Made by a program: the position numbers and the translations under genes. From a virus (lineage: Duplodnaviria > Caudoviricetes): DNA of 64,000 nucleotides. Location of the stretch: IMG/VR virus record IMGVR_UViG_3300048895_000267, positions 4,671-68,670 of that record; one strand, given 5' to 3'. The notes beneath the pieces were generated by a model. That model ran no database searches. It was not told where the DNA came from and saw only the letters and a program-made list of their open reading frames with translations. Shown here one piece after another: positions 16,920 to 25,981 of the stretch; position 1 is the stretch's first letter; each line of letters begins with the position of its first letter.

Positions 16920-18303
16920 AAGCTGGCCGCATCAGCTCGTAACACGTGGCGTGTTCGAAGCCGAGGAACGGGGGCTGGATCTCAGCGACCCGGGCACTGG
17001 CAAGACGCGCACACAGGTCGAGCTCTACGCTGACCGCCGTCGCGCAGGCACCGCCAAGCGTTGCCTCGTACTGTGCCCCCTGAGCCTGATGTACTCGGCG
17101 TGGCGCACCGACTTCGCCAAGTTCGCTCCCGACATGAAAGTCGGGCTGGCCTACGCCGAAGACCGCCTCACGCCGTTCACTGATGGCAACGACGTTGTCA
17201 TCCTGAACATCGATGGGGTCAAGTGGCTGCTGAAAAACCTCCACCTGTTGGAGGATTTCAACTACCTGATCATCGACGAGATCACCTACTACAAGCATCC
17301 GAGTTCGCAGCGCTCCAAGGCCGCGCGCGCGGTTGCCCAGATGAACAAGAGCCGGCAGTTCCGCTATCGCTACGGCATGACGGGCACGCCCAACCCCAAC
17401 GGCCTGACCGAGCTGTGGCACCAGCTGATGCTCATCGACGACGGCAAGCGCCTCGGCGATAGCTTCTACCGCTTCCGGCAGACCGTACAGACACCGACCC
17501 AGACCGGGCCGATGGCCAACCACCTCAAGTGGGAAGACAAGCCGGAAATGATCGACGGAGTGACGCAGCTGCTCAGCGACATCACCCTGTACCACGACTT
17601 CGAGACGGTGATGACGCACGTCCCGCCGAATCACTCGTTCCCGGTGATCTACCAGCTCAACACGAAGATGCGCAAGCTATACAACAAGTTCGAGGCTGAT
17701 GCCTACGCCCTGCTTGGTAACGGCAAGTCCATCAGCGCCCCGACCGCCGGCTCTGTGCGCCAGCGCCTGCTACAGTTGTGCAGCGGTGCGATCTACAACG
17801 ACTCAGATGATGACGAGTCCGACTACGAGCTGCTGGACGACTACCGCTACGAGCTGGTCTCGGACCTGACGCTCGATCGCAACCACTCGGTGGTGTTCTT
17901 CAACTGGCGCCACCAGCGCATCGAGCTGTGCAAGCACTTCAAGAACCGGGGCATCGAGTTCGGCATGATCGATGGCTCGGTCAACAAGAAGGGGGAGCGC
18001 GACGGTATCGTCGCCGACTTCCAAGCGGGGAACCTGCAGGCCATCGCCCTGCATTACAAGACGGGGTCCCACGGCCTCACGCTCGACCGAGGCGAGGCTA
18101 CCACCTGTTCTTCCCCGATCTACGAGGCGGACTACGCCAAGCAGATGCTGCACCGTATTTACCGCGGCGCTCAGGACAAGGTCACCTACACACAGGAGAT
18201 CGAAGCTGAGGGCACCATCGAACACGAGGTCTACGAGCGCCGTCGCGCGAAGGGTCAGAACATGAAAGACTTCCTGTCCATCCTGCAGGAGCGCATCGGA
18301 TGA
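16858..18303 (+). CDS. SNF2-family helicase (start uncertain)
   Basis: WPHQ Q-motif, DPGTGKT, LIIDE, MTGTP.PN, LQLCSG; nearest in-frame ATG is 16858. Confidence 0.85.
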   Translation: MANSKPVSRARRSVKSSSSLESWPHQLVTRGVFEAEERGLDLSDPGTGKTRTQVELYADRRRAGTAKRCLVLCPLSLMYSAWRTDFAKFAPDMKVGLAYAEDRLTPFTDGNDVVILNIDGVKWLLKNLHLLEDFNYLIIDEITYYKHPSSQRSKAARAVAQMNKSRQFRYRYGMTGTPNPNGLTELWHQLMLIDDGKRLGDSFYRFRQTVQTPTQTGPMANHLKWEDKPEMIDGVTQLLSDITLYHDFETVMTHVPPNHSFPVIYQLNTKMRKLYNKFEADAYALLGNGKSISAPTAGSVRQRLLQLCSGAIYNDSDDDESDYELLDDYRYELVSDLTLDRNHSVVFFNWRHQRIELCKHFKNRGIEFGMIDGSVNKKGERDGIVADFQAGNLQAIALHYKTGSHGLTLDRGEATTCSSPIYEADYAKQMLHRIYRGAQDKVTYTQEIEAEGTIEHEVYERRRAKGQNMKDFLSILQERIG

Positions 18304-18503
18304 ACCTCCTCTGTCGCTTCTTCGGTCACGTACAGCAGACGCTATATGCTGACCGCGAGCATCACTTCTTCATGATTGACCCGCCCTACTGGGACGGCAT
18401 CGGCCGCTCGCATCGCACGCTGTGGTTTACCTGCGAACGCTGCAAGGGCTACGTGCGCGTCGGTAAGTGCATCGACTCCGTGACCAGCGAGAAGCGCCTG
18501 TGA
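18300..18503 (+). CDS. Small Cys/His protein (LCRFFGH...CERC)
   Basis: Coupled at both ends; common phage motif. Confidence 0.7.
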   Translation: MNLLCRFFGHVQQTLYADREHHFFMIDPPYWDGIGRSHRTLWFTCERCKGYVRVGKCIDSVTSEKRL

Positions 18504-20374
18504 AGGGCGAGCCCCGCTGGTTCGAGCGCATCGCTTGCGTGGACTTCGAGACGTTCTACTCTCAGGAGTTCTCCCTGAGCAAGATGTCGAACGTCGAGTA
18601 CATCCGCGACCAGCGCTTCCACCTGACGGCCGTCGGCATCCAGATGGACGACGAGCCCTACGCCTCGGTGTACGACGAGGACAGCGCCTACGAGGCCCTG
18701 CTCAAGATCGACTGGTCCAAGACGGCACTCATGTGCCATCACCTCCAGTTCGACGGCTTCATCATGACCGACTACCTCGCCCTGACACCGTGCTTCTACA
18801 TCGACACACTGTCGATGTCGCGGGCGTTGCATGGTACGCACCAGCGCCACGACCTGAACACGGTCGCCCGGCTCTACGGGCGCGAAGGCAAGGTCAACAA
18901 GTCTGGTCTTGTGAACATGAAGGGGGTCCACAGCATGTGGGACCTGCCAGAAGACCAGCGCAAGACGTTCGTCGCCTACACTGGTGGCGACGTCGAAGAC
19001 ACCATGCATATCGGCACCAAGATGCTCGAGCACACGCCCGTGCAGGCCTTGCAGCTGATCGACATGACCATGCGCATGTTCTGCGAGCCGATGATCGAGT
19101 TCAACGCCGAACTGGCGCAGGAGATCTTCGAGAAGGAGATCAAGCGCAAGCAGGACCTGCTCGCGGCCAGCGGCTACACCGACCCGAAGATCTTCTCGTC
19201 CACTCCGCGCTTCGCAGCTTTGCTCGAAGAGCTGGGTGTCGAAGTCCCGCAGAAGCTGTCCCCGACAGCGTTCAAGAAAGGGGAAATGAAGACCATCCCC
19301 GCGCTGGCGATGGGCGACATCGAGTTCAAGGAACTGCGCGAGCACCCGGACCCGCTGGTGCAGGCCGTGGTCGAAGCGCGCATCGCCACCAAGTCCACGC
19401 TGGTCGAGACGCGCTCGGCAGCGATCATCCGCCGCTCCAAGCAGGCTGATACCTTCCCGGTGTACCTCAAGTACGCCGGCGCGCACACGCTGCGCTGGTC
19501 AGGCGGCGACGGAGTCAACCCCCAGAACCTGCCTCGCGGTAGCGACCTGCGCAAGACGCTCACGGCCCCCGAGGGCTACCTGTTCAACATCAGTGACTCG
19601 GCCCAGATCGAAGCCCGCTTTAACGCGTGGCGCTCGGGCCAGCGCGACATCCTCGACGCGTTCCGCCGTCGACAAGATGTCTACTCGGTGGTAGCCGCCA
19701 AGTCGATCTACAACAAGCTGGTCGAGGACATCACCAAGGACGAGCGCTTCGTCGGCAAGACCTGCGTGCTGGGTCTGGGCTACGGCATGGGCGCGAAGAA
19801 GTTCAAGCACACGCTCAAGATCGGGCAGTTCGGCCCGCCGGTCGACATGACGCTGGAAGAGTGCACGAACATCGTCAACGCATGGCGCGCGACCAACAAG
19901 GCCATCGTCGACTCGTGGGGCTACACCCACGCGCTGATGAAGGGTGCGTTCCTTGGCAATCAGGAAACCACCGACGGCCTGCTGTACTACGAGCGCTTCA
20001 AGACCGACGGCTACGTGCACCTGCCTAATGGCCAGTACCTGCGCTACCACAACATCGGCATGACCGACGAGGGCGAGCTGTGCTACGAAACCCGCGCGGG
20101 CAAGACCAAGCTGTACGGCGGCATCGAGGTTGAGAACATCATCCAGTGCCTGAGCTGCCTCGCCATTGGCGAGCAGATGATCCGCGTACAGGAAGAGCTG
20201 CCCACGCGCATCGTCACCTGCACCCACGACGAGATCGTGTGCCTCAGCAAGAAGAAGGTGGCCGAGCGCGTGCAGGAAGAACTGATCAAGATCATGTCCG
20301 TGCCGCCGAAGTGGGCCGAGGGCCTGCCGCTGCACGCCGAGGGGCTTATCAACCGGATCTACGCCAAGGCATGA
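18500..20374 (+). CDS. DNA polymerase family A with 3'-5' exonuclease
   Basis: DFETF exonuclease motif; motif A SDSAQIEAR; motif B KTCVLGLGYG; motif C HDE; GTG start. Confidence 0.92.
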   Translation: MKGEPRWFERIACVDFETFYSQEFSLSKMSNVEYIRDQRFHLTAVGIQMDDEPYASVYDEDSAYEALLKIDWSKTALMCHHLQFDGFIMTDYLALTPCFYIDTLSMSRALHGTHQRHDLNTVARLYGREGKVNKSGLVNMKGVHSMWDLPEDQRKTFVAYTGGDVEDTMHIGTKMLEHTPVQALQLIDMTMRMFCEPMIEFNAELAQEIFEKEIKRKQDLLAASGYTDPKIFSSTPRFAALLEELGVEVPQKLSPTAFKKGEMKTIPALAMGDIEFKELREHPDPLVQAVVEARIATKSTLVETRSAAIIRRSKQADTFPVYLKYAGAHTLRWSGGDGVNPQNLPRGSDLRKTLTAPEGYLFNISDSAQIEARFNAWRSGQRDILDAFRRRQDVYSVVAAKSIYNKLVEDITKDERFVGKTCVLGLGYGMGAKKFKHTLKIGQFGPPVDMTLEECTNIVNAWRATNKAIVDSWGYTHALMKGAFLGNQETTDGLLYYERFKTDGYVHLPNGQYLRYHNIGMTDEGELCYETRAGKTKLYGGIEVENIIQCLSCLAIGEQMIRVQEELPTRIVTCTHDEIVCLSKKKVAERVQEELIKIMSVPPKWAEGLPLHAEGLINRIYAKA

Positions 20375-20568
20375 GCAAATATTCGAACTACAGCGACGAT
20401 GAGTTGCTTAATGAACTTGATGTGCGTGGTCTCGCACAGGTCGAACTTGTATTTGAACTCACTGCGCGCCTCAGCCGCGCGCGCGAGACGATTGCCGAGC
20501 GCGAGCGCTTGCTCGACGAACATGAATGCCTGCACTGCGGCAGTGGAACGGTGCTCCGTGATCTCTAA
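20371..20568 (+). CDS. Small hypothetical protein
   Basis: ATGA coupling; MSKYSNYSDDELL. Confidence 0.65.
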   Translation: MSKYSNYSDDELLNELDVRGLAQVELVFELTARLSRARETIAERERLLDEHECLHCGSGTVLRDL

Positions 20569-20860
20569 CCAGAATCTGGCCCGGATGCTCGTCTATCGCC
20601 GCGGGCTACTCAGCGCTTGTCGCGACCGCGCCTGCACGATCAACGAGCTGTACAACATCCTTAGCGACTTCGCTACCGTGCACCGCGCCACGATCAACGG
20701 TCACCTGACCGAGCTGGTCGCGCGCAAGTGGCTGCTGCGCAGCGTACGCAAGGAAGCTACCAACACTGGCCCGAAGCCCTACCAGTACCTGACCTCCGAA
20801 GCCGGGCTGGCGCAGCTGCGGCTCATGCCCAAGGAGACGCCGCGTGCCGGTACTGTCTGA
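20558..20860 (+). CDS. Winged-helix DNA-binding protein
   Basis: CTINELY...RATINGHL.ELV...L.R...Y.Y.TSEAG. Confidence 0.65.
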   Translation: MISNQNLARMLVYRRGLLSACRDRACTINELYNILSDFATVHRATINGHLTELVARKWLLRSVRKEATNTGPKPYQYLTSEAGLAQLRLMPKETPRAGTV

Positions 20861-21011
20861 GCCCGCTCTGGCAACCTTGCACAAGCTGATCAGTGCCATC
20901 GCCCACAAGGCGTACGAGCGCGGGTACAAGGATGCCAAGGAAAAGAAGCCGGCCGACGCGGACTCCGTGAAGGTCTCCATGGCCAACATCCGAAGGATAA
21001 AACTGACATGA
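20844..21011 (+). CDS. Small hypothetical protein (55 aa)
   Basis: Read by eye; AAGGAG RBS, GTG start, stop overlaps the next ATG. Confidence 0.6.
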   Translation: MPVLSEPALATLHKLISAIAHKAYERGYKDAKEKKPADADSVKVSMANIRRIKLT

Positions 21012-21406
21012 AAAAGTCCTCGACGATCGGCCCGAACCTTGGTACGCTCGTGGACAATCTCTTCGACCTCCGCGCTAAGAAAGGCGCCATACAGGCGCAG
21101 ATCAAGGTGCTGGAGGAAGACGAGACGCGGTTGGAGCAGCAGGTCATCGACGCCCTGAACGCGCAAGGTCTGGATCAAGCCCGTGGCAAGAAGGCCACCG
21201 TCTCGATCTCTGAGACCGACGTGCCCCAAGTTGTCGACTGGGACGAGTTCCACGCGTTCCTGATCCGCCGCAAAGTACCGCACCTCCTGCAGCGTCGTGT
21301 CGCGCCCAATGCGTACCGCGAAATGCAGGCCATCATGAAGACCAGCCAGCCGCTTCCCGGCTGCACGGACTTCGCCAAGATCTCCCTCAACGTCAGGAAA
21401 GTCTAA
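21008..21406 (+). CDS. Conserved replication-module coiled-coil protein
   Basis: V.DWDEFHAF......LLQRRV...AYRE motif, typically found next to phage SSB genes. Confidence 0.75.
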   Translation: MKKSSTIGPNLGTLVDNLFDLRAKKGAIQAQIKVLEEDETRLEQQVIDALNAQGLDQARGKKATVSISETDVPQVVDWDEFHAFLIRRKVPHLLQRRVAPNAYREMQAIMKTSQPLPGCTDFAKISLNVRKV

Positions 21407-22198
21407 ATGGCCGCCAAGAAAAACGAAGTCGCTGTCCGCTCCGGTCGCACGGATCTCGCCAACCTCGATGCGCAGCTCGCGCAGGAAGCAGCGAACGAGA
21501 TCGCCAAAGCCATCGCGCGTCCCAGCGGCCGCAAGATCACCGTCAAGAACAAGCAGTTCATCCTCCCGGATGGCACCAACCTCGGTGAAGTCATCGACGT
21601 CATCGTCGTCGATTTCATCACCGCCAACCGCTACTACCCCGACCAGTTCTCCCCGAACGACCTCAAGCCGCCGGTGTGCTTCGCCTTTGGCAAGGAAATC
21701 GCCACCATGGCGCCGATGGAGGAGTCACCGGAAAAGCAGTCCGACGACGGTTGCACCCGTTGCCCGATGAACCAGTGGGAATCCGACCCGAAGGGCGGCA
21801 AGGGCAAGGCCTGCAAGAACACCCGCGACCTCGCCGTGATCCTCGCCAGCGACGCTGGTGACCCGGATGCGCCGATGTTCACCGTCAGCGTCTCCCCGAC
21901 TGGCATCAAGAGCTTCGATGCCATGGTCGCCTACATCGCCCGCACCTTGTCCGGGCCGCCGGTGAAGGCGATCATTTCGATCGCCTGTAACCCGAACACC
22001 GAGTACGCCTCGATGATCTTCTCGGATGCCGTGCCCAACCCCGACTACGCCGACCACTACGGTCGCCGTGAAGAAGCCAGCGAGCTGCTGTACGTGCTTC
22101 CCGACCTGAGCAACTACGTCCCGACCGACGCCAAGCCGGCTCGCGGTCGCCCCGCTGCTGCACCCTCCCGCGCCGCGCGCGCTCCTACCCGCAGGTAA
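21407..22198 (+). CDS. Putative ssDNA-binding or annealing protein
   Basis: YY...F......PVCFA, C..CP.NQW.S....GKGKACK motif; position in the replication module. Confidence 0.7.
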   Translation: MAAKKNEVAVRSGRTDLANLDAQLAQEAANEIAKAIARPSGRKITVKNKQFILPDGTNLGEVIDVIVVDFITANRYYPDQFSPNDLKPPVCFAFGKEIATMAPMEESPEKQSDDGCTRCPMNQWESDPKGGKGKACKNTRDLAVILASDAGDPDAPMFTVSVSPTGIKSFDAMVAYIARTLSGPPVKAIISIACNPNTEYASMIFSDAVPNPDYADHYGRREEASELLYVLPDLSNYVPTDAKPARGRPAAAPSRAARAPTRR

Positions 22199-22204
22199 TC
22201 CGAC

Positions 22205-22738
22205 ATGACCAAGTCCTCCGCAATCGATTCCGTCGCTGCCACGCCCGCCCGCGGCCGTCGCGCAGCTGCTCCCGCCCCCACCGCCCGTGGCCGCCGTAAC
22301 GGCAGCGAGGGTGAGCTGGTGACCGGCACGGTGGCTGCCAGCCCCGTTGCAGGCGCTCAGGAGCTCGCTGGCGCCTCTGAAGCCACCGAGGCCTCCCAGC
22401 GCGCCGCTGTGGGCCGTGGGCGCCCGCAGGGCGCCGTGGACAAGGCTCCGCGCAAGCCCCGCGCCACCCGTGAGCCCAAGGCCGAGACGGCCAACGCTGG
22501 CGGCGGCTTCGACACCCGCGACATCGTCCGCTCGATCAACGCCAAGGTCAGCGAGGCCAAGAAGGCCAAGCGCACGACCGAGGCCGAGTTCAAGACGAAC
22601 ATGCGCGTGATCACCAGCCACGCCAACGCCGCCCTGAAGGCCCAGTCGGACGCACAGACGGCGCACGACAAGGCGATCGCCAGCCATGACAAGGTGATCG
22701 CCGACGGCGAGGCCCTGCTCGCCAAGCTGCAGGCGTGA
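22205..22738 (+). CDS. Basic Ala/Arg-rich, probably nucleoid-binding protein
   Basis: Low-complexity RGR repeats plus a C-terminal coiled coil. Confidence 0.65.
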   Translation: MTKSSAIDSVAATPARGRRAAAPAPTARGRRNGSEGELVTGTVAASPVAGAQELAGASEATEASQRAAVGRGRPQGAVDKAPRKPRATREPKAETANAGGGFDTRDIVRSINAKVSEAKKAKRTTEAEFKTNMRVITSHANAALKAQSDAQTAHDKAIASHDKVIADGEALLAKLQA

Positions 22739-23190
22739 AGCCCGAAGCGCGGTTCGTAAGCCGTGTGCACGACCCCATGCGGGGCGTGCACCGGCAGTCC
22801 ATGGCGTTCACCTACACCAACGGCACGCCTGACCAGTATTACGACCGCGATCAGGTCACGAACCCGGGACGGGCTCGTGACCTGTGGGTCGAATACAAGT
22901 GGCTGGCGCAGCCGCCGGTTCGTACCTTCGTCCCCAAGCTCTCGGACCTGCAGGAACGCTGGGCCGAGCGGCGCTGGAAGTCGGGCAAGAACATGTGGGT
23001 GATCGTGGGCTTCCCCGCGACGCGCGACGCCACGGTGGCCAAGGCCGGGATTATCCTGATCGGGCCGAACAACTGGCGCAGCGTCTCTCCGGGAATGCAC
23101 TTCCCGATGACCCCCAAGGCGATCGCCGCCGAAATCGAGGCCTACACGGAATGTCGTTCCTCCCCCTCAAAGCTGTTCGCGTCGGCCTGA
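22735..23190 (+). CDS. VRR-NUC-like nuclease or resolvase
   Basis: GTPD...LWVEYK...LS.LQ..W. Confidence 0.75.
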   Translation: MKPEARFVSRVHDPMRGVHRQSMAFTYTNGTPDQYYDRDQVTNPGRARDLWVEYKWLAQPPVRTFVPKLSDLQERWAERRWKSGKNMWVIVGFPATRDATVAKAGIILIGPNNWRSVSPGMHFPMTPKAIAAEIEAYTECRSSPSKLFASA

Positions 23191-23264
23191 GCGTCCTGCA
23201 AGGCATCCTGCTGCTGGTTGTCATGATCAAGGACCGCAACAAGCCGAAATTTCCACGGCGCTAA
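23151..23264 (+). CDS. Possible 37-aa single-TM peptide
   Basis: MSFLPLKAVRVGLSVLQGILLLVVMIK; fills the gap before 23274. Confidence 0.4.
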   Translation: MSFLPLKAVRVGLSVLQGILLLVVMIKDRNKPKFPRR

Positions 23265-23273
23265 GGAGCACCC

Positions 23274-24092
23274 ATGCGCATCCTTGTTATAGGCGCGCTC
23301 GAAAAACAAGCAGCCATGTTGCGGAGTGAATTTCCGCAGCTGGACTTGCGCTTCTCCAACAAGGATTCGCATACCGTCCCTGACGAGACCATGCGCAATG
23401 CCGACCGGATCTTGTGCTTGGCGAACTTCGTCACGCACGGCCTGTACTGGAAGATCCCGCGCGAGAAGATGACGCTGGTCCGCGGCGGCATGACCAAGCT
23501 ACGACACGCCCTACAAACACTCGCGATCATCGACAAGATCGATATCGCGCCACAAGCCGTGTGCGAGCACGGCATCCCAACCCAACTACCCTGCTTCGAC
23601 TGCACCGGGGAGGAAGATTTCTTGAGCAACCTAAAGTGGTCCCCCATCAAATCTCTGGCTCCCGGCGAGCAGTACGTGCTACCCAAGCCAAACGAGCTGA
23701 AGACCGACGTGTTCAAGGCGCGTGTCCAGCGCATCCGGCACGACCTCGGCTACAAGGAAGGCATCAAGATCTCCTTGGAGTTCGACCAGCCAACGACCGG
23801 GTGCATCGTCACGCGGCTGGCAGATGTCGACCCGAACGAAGTGCGCACTGACAACGGCCTCGATGGCGCTGAGCAGACTGTTGCGCTATTGCCTGAAACC
23901 GCAGCACCCAAGCGCCTCGTTGCCAAGCACCGAGCACTCGGCGCGCCGTATGGCAGTTCTGAGGTGGTCGAGTACGAGCGCAGCTTCTGGGTACGGACCT
24001 TCGAGTACCAGCTACACAATGGCAAGAACTACAAGGAAGCCACTGACGGCGCTAACACGGCGCTGGCGGCGCTCCGGGAGAATTTCCGATGA
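23274..24092 (+). CDS. Protein with a DUF2325-like N-terminal domain
   Basis: ILVIG...ADRILCLANFVTH...RGG. Confidence 0.6.
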   Translation: MRILVIGALEKQAAMLRSEFPQLDLRFSNKDSHTVPDETMRNADRILCLANFVTHGLYWKIPREKMTLVRGGMTKLRHALQTLAIIDKIDIAPQAVCEHGIPTQLPCFDCTGEEDFLSNLKWSPIKSLAPGEQYVLPKPNELKTDVFKARVQRIRHDLGYKEGIKISLEFDQPTTGCIVTRLADVDPNEVRTDNGLDGAEQTVALLPETAAPKRLVAKHRALGAPYGSSEVVEYERSFWVRTFEYQLHNGKNYKEATDGANTALAALRENFR

Positions 24093-24292
24093 CCAAGCAA
24101 GAAATCGTCCTCGCCATCTACAAAGTCCGCAGTGACTCGGAGCCGGCATACGAAGCGCTGAGAAACGCTGACATGGCGCTGGTACGCACCTTGCAGGACG
24201 CCTGCGGCTTGGGCGGACATATCTGGGAAGCGCCCAGCCCCTTCGATGACGGCCGGCGCTGCTGCGTGTGCCACCACTACGAGCCAAGCTGA
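24089..24292 (+). CDS. Small Cys-containing hypothetical protein
   Basis: Coupled ORF. Confidence 0.65.
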   Translation: MTKQEIVLAIYKVRSDSEPAYEALRNADMALVRTLQDACGLGGHIWEAPSPFDDGRRCCVCHHYEPS

Positions 24293-24444
24293 TGACCTCC
24301 GCCGAGACCATCGCCTACCTCAAGCGCCTGATGCTCACCGAAGCACTGTGGTGGTTCATCGAGAACATGAGTGCTGACAGCGCCGAGCACTCTGAGGTTT
24401 TCTTTTACCTACGTGAGCGCTACCGCAAGGAGAAGCAATCGTGA
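24292..24444 (+). CDS. Small hypothetical protein (50 aa, ALWWFIEN...FF.LRER)
   Basis: Read by eye; coupled at both ends. Confidence 0.65.
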   Translation: MTSAETIAYLKRLMLTEALWWFIENMSADSAEHSEVFFYLRERYRKEKQS

Positions 24445-24701
24445 CTCGTACTAAGATCCCGGAAGAGACGCACATTCAGTGCGACTGTTGCCTGCGGTTG
24501 CTCGTGCCTCACGGCGAAGCAGTTGGAAAAACTGGCGCGATGCTAACGCTCTCGCGCAGCATACTCGATGTTGCCGACAAACCAGCAGGCGCGCATACGG
24601 TGCAACTTGATCTGTGCGACCTATGCGCAGAAGAGCTGCGCAACGACATAAACGTAAGGGCGCTGACTCGCCGCGAATATTTCGAGAGGCTGAAGACATG
24701 A
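24441..24701 (+). CDS. Small CxxC...CxxC protein
   Basis: CDCC...DLCDLC; GTG start. Confidence 0.65.
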   Translation: MTRTKIPEETHIQCDCCLRLLVPHGEAVGKTGAMLTLSRSILDVADKPAGAHTVQLDLCDLCAEELRNDINVRALTRREYFERLKT

Positions 24702-25087
24702 AACACATCCGCATGCCGCGTGACTCAGCAGCCAAGTGGCTCGAAGCCTTGCGCTCAGGTATGTACAACCAGACCGACAGCGTGCTCGCCGACGGCGACG
24801 GGTTCTGCTGCCTCGGCGTGCTGGAGCACTGCCTGACGGGCGAAGTCGAACGTGATGGCGACGGCTCCATCGCTGGCATGCCGACGAGCGGCTGGCTTGA
24901 GGAGCACGGGATCGAGTTCCGCGGCAAAAACGGTATACCCGAAACCGGGCCGTACCTCGCTTCGGTTGACCAGTACGCTGCCGAGATCAACGACCTGAAA
25001 CATGATCGAGGCGACAGCATCGAGCACGTGTACGACTTCAACGCGATCGCCGAGCTGATCGAAGAAGAAATCGAGTTCACTGACTAG
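24698..25087 (+). CDS. Paralogue of 4277-4687
   Basis: MKHIRMPR..AAKWLEALRSG.Y.Q....L....GFCCLGVLE. Confidence 0.8.
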   Translation: MKHIRMPRDSAAKWLEALRSGMYNQTDSVLADGDGFCCLGVLEHCLTGEVERDGDGSIAGMPTSGWLEEHGIEFRGKNGIPETGPYLASVDQYAAEINDLKHDRGDSIEHVYDFNAIAELIEEEIEFTD

Positions 25088-25097
25088 GAACGACGCC

Positions 25098-25313
25098 ATG
25101 CCGTACGGACTCGGAGACGACATGCAGGATATGGGTAACGAGCTTGCCGTGCTGCGCAAGTTCAAACGCTCATACGATGCAGCGGTCAAGGCTGAATTGT
25201 TCGAGGACGGCTGCGCAGCTGACCTGCACGACGCAGGTGTCAAGAGCCTGACCGACGCGTACATGCGCGGGCGTCAGGACGTACTGGCAGAGATCATTAT
25301 AGGAGCGCACTGA
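25098..25313 (+). CDS. Small hypothetical protein
   Basis: ORF with AGGA RBS. Confidence 0.6.
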   Translation: MPYGLGDDMQDMGNELAVLRKFKRSYDAAVKAELFEDGCAADLHDAGVKSLTDAYMRGRQDVLAEIIIGAH

Positions 25314-25510
25314 TGGTCACCGAAGAGCAAGCCAAGCAAGCCCTGCGCACCCTCAACAGCCTGCACGACCTCGGCGATGCCGTCTACGACGTGCGCGAGC
25401 GCCTAACCGAGGAGCCGTGGCCCGAGGGCGTCGAGAACAGCTGGGATCACCCGAGGGTGCTGGAGTACAGCTCCAGCGTCGAGATCCTGAAAGCGTGGCT
25501 GGCCCAGTAA
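25313..25510 (+). CDS. Small hypothetical protein
   Basis: AGGAG RBS; TGATG coupling. Confidence 0.7.
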   Translation: MVTEEQAKQALRTLNSLHDLGDAVYDVRERLTEEPWPEGVENSWDHPRVLEYSSSVEILKAWLAQ

Positions 25511-25523
25511 GCCCTTGATTAAC

Positions 25524-25550
25524 TTGACATTCACGCGGGACCTGTATAAA
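25524..25550 (+). promoter_or_regulatory. Candidate sigma70-type promoter
   Basis: TTGACA 25524-25529 and TATAAA 25545-25550 in an AT-rich gap; the 15-nt spacer is suboptimal. Confidence 0.4.
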
Positions 25551-25612
25551 AGGGAGCCGTACTACCCGGTATGGTCAGGACGTGCGCTGCGGCAAGACCG
25601 ATCCACCGTACC

Positions 25613-25650
25613 AAAGGGCCGCCCTTGCCGGGGCGGCCCTTTCCTTTTCT
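25613..25650 (+). terminator. Intrinsic terminator or attenuator
   Basis: AAAGGGCCGCCCT/GGGGCGGCCCTTT stem then CCTTTTCT. Confidence 0.7.
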
Positions 25651-25660
25651 GGAGATAGCT

Positions 25661-25981
25661 GTGAGCAAACGCGCCGCTAAAAAGAAACGCATCTACGCCC
25701 GGCACCGGCGCGAGATCCGCTGGCTCGACGACAACGCCCTGCAGCACCTGAAGCTGCTGCCGCCGGAGAACTGCAAGACGGCGACCTTCGACTTCGAGAA
25801 CCAGTTCGGCCTTGCGCTACGTATCAACGTGGGCGGGCAAGAGGTGCGGCACGCCGTGAGGACCCTCACACGCGGATTGCGCCACAAGCGCGGCAAGCTC
25901 GGTACGCTGCTGCGCATGGAAATGAAGCTGATGCACTGGCTGAATACCAAATTCACCACCTACTCCATGGACACGCCATGA
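25661..25981 (+). CDS. Basic hypothetical protein
   Basis: GTG start behind GGAG at 25651. Confidence 0.65.
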   Translation: MSKRAAKKKRIYARHRREIRWLDDNALQHLKLLPPENCKTATFDFENQFGLALRINVGGQEVRHAVRTLTRGLRHKRGKLGTLLRMEMKLMHWLNTKFTTYSMDTP

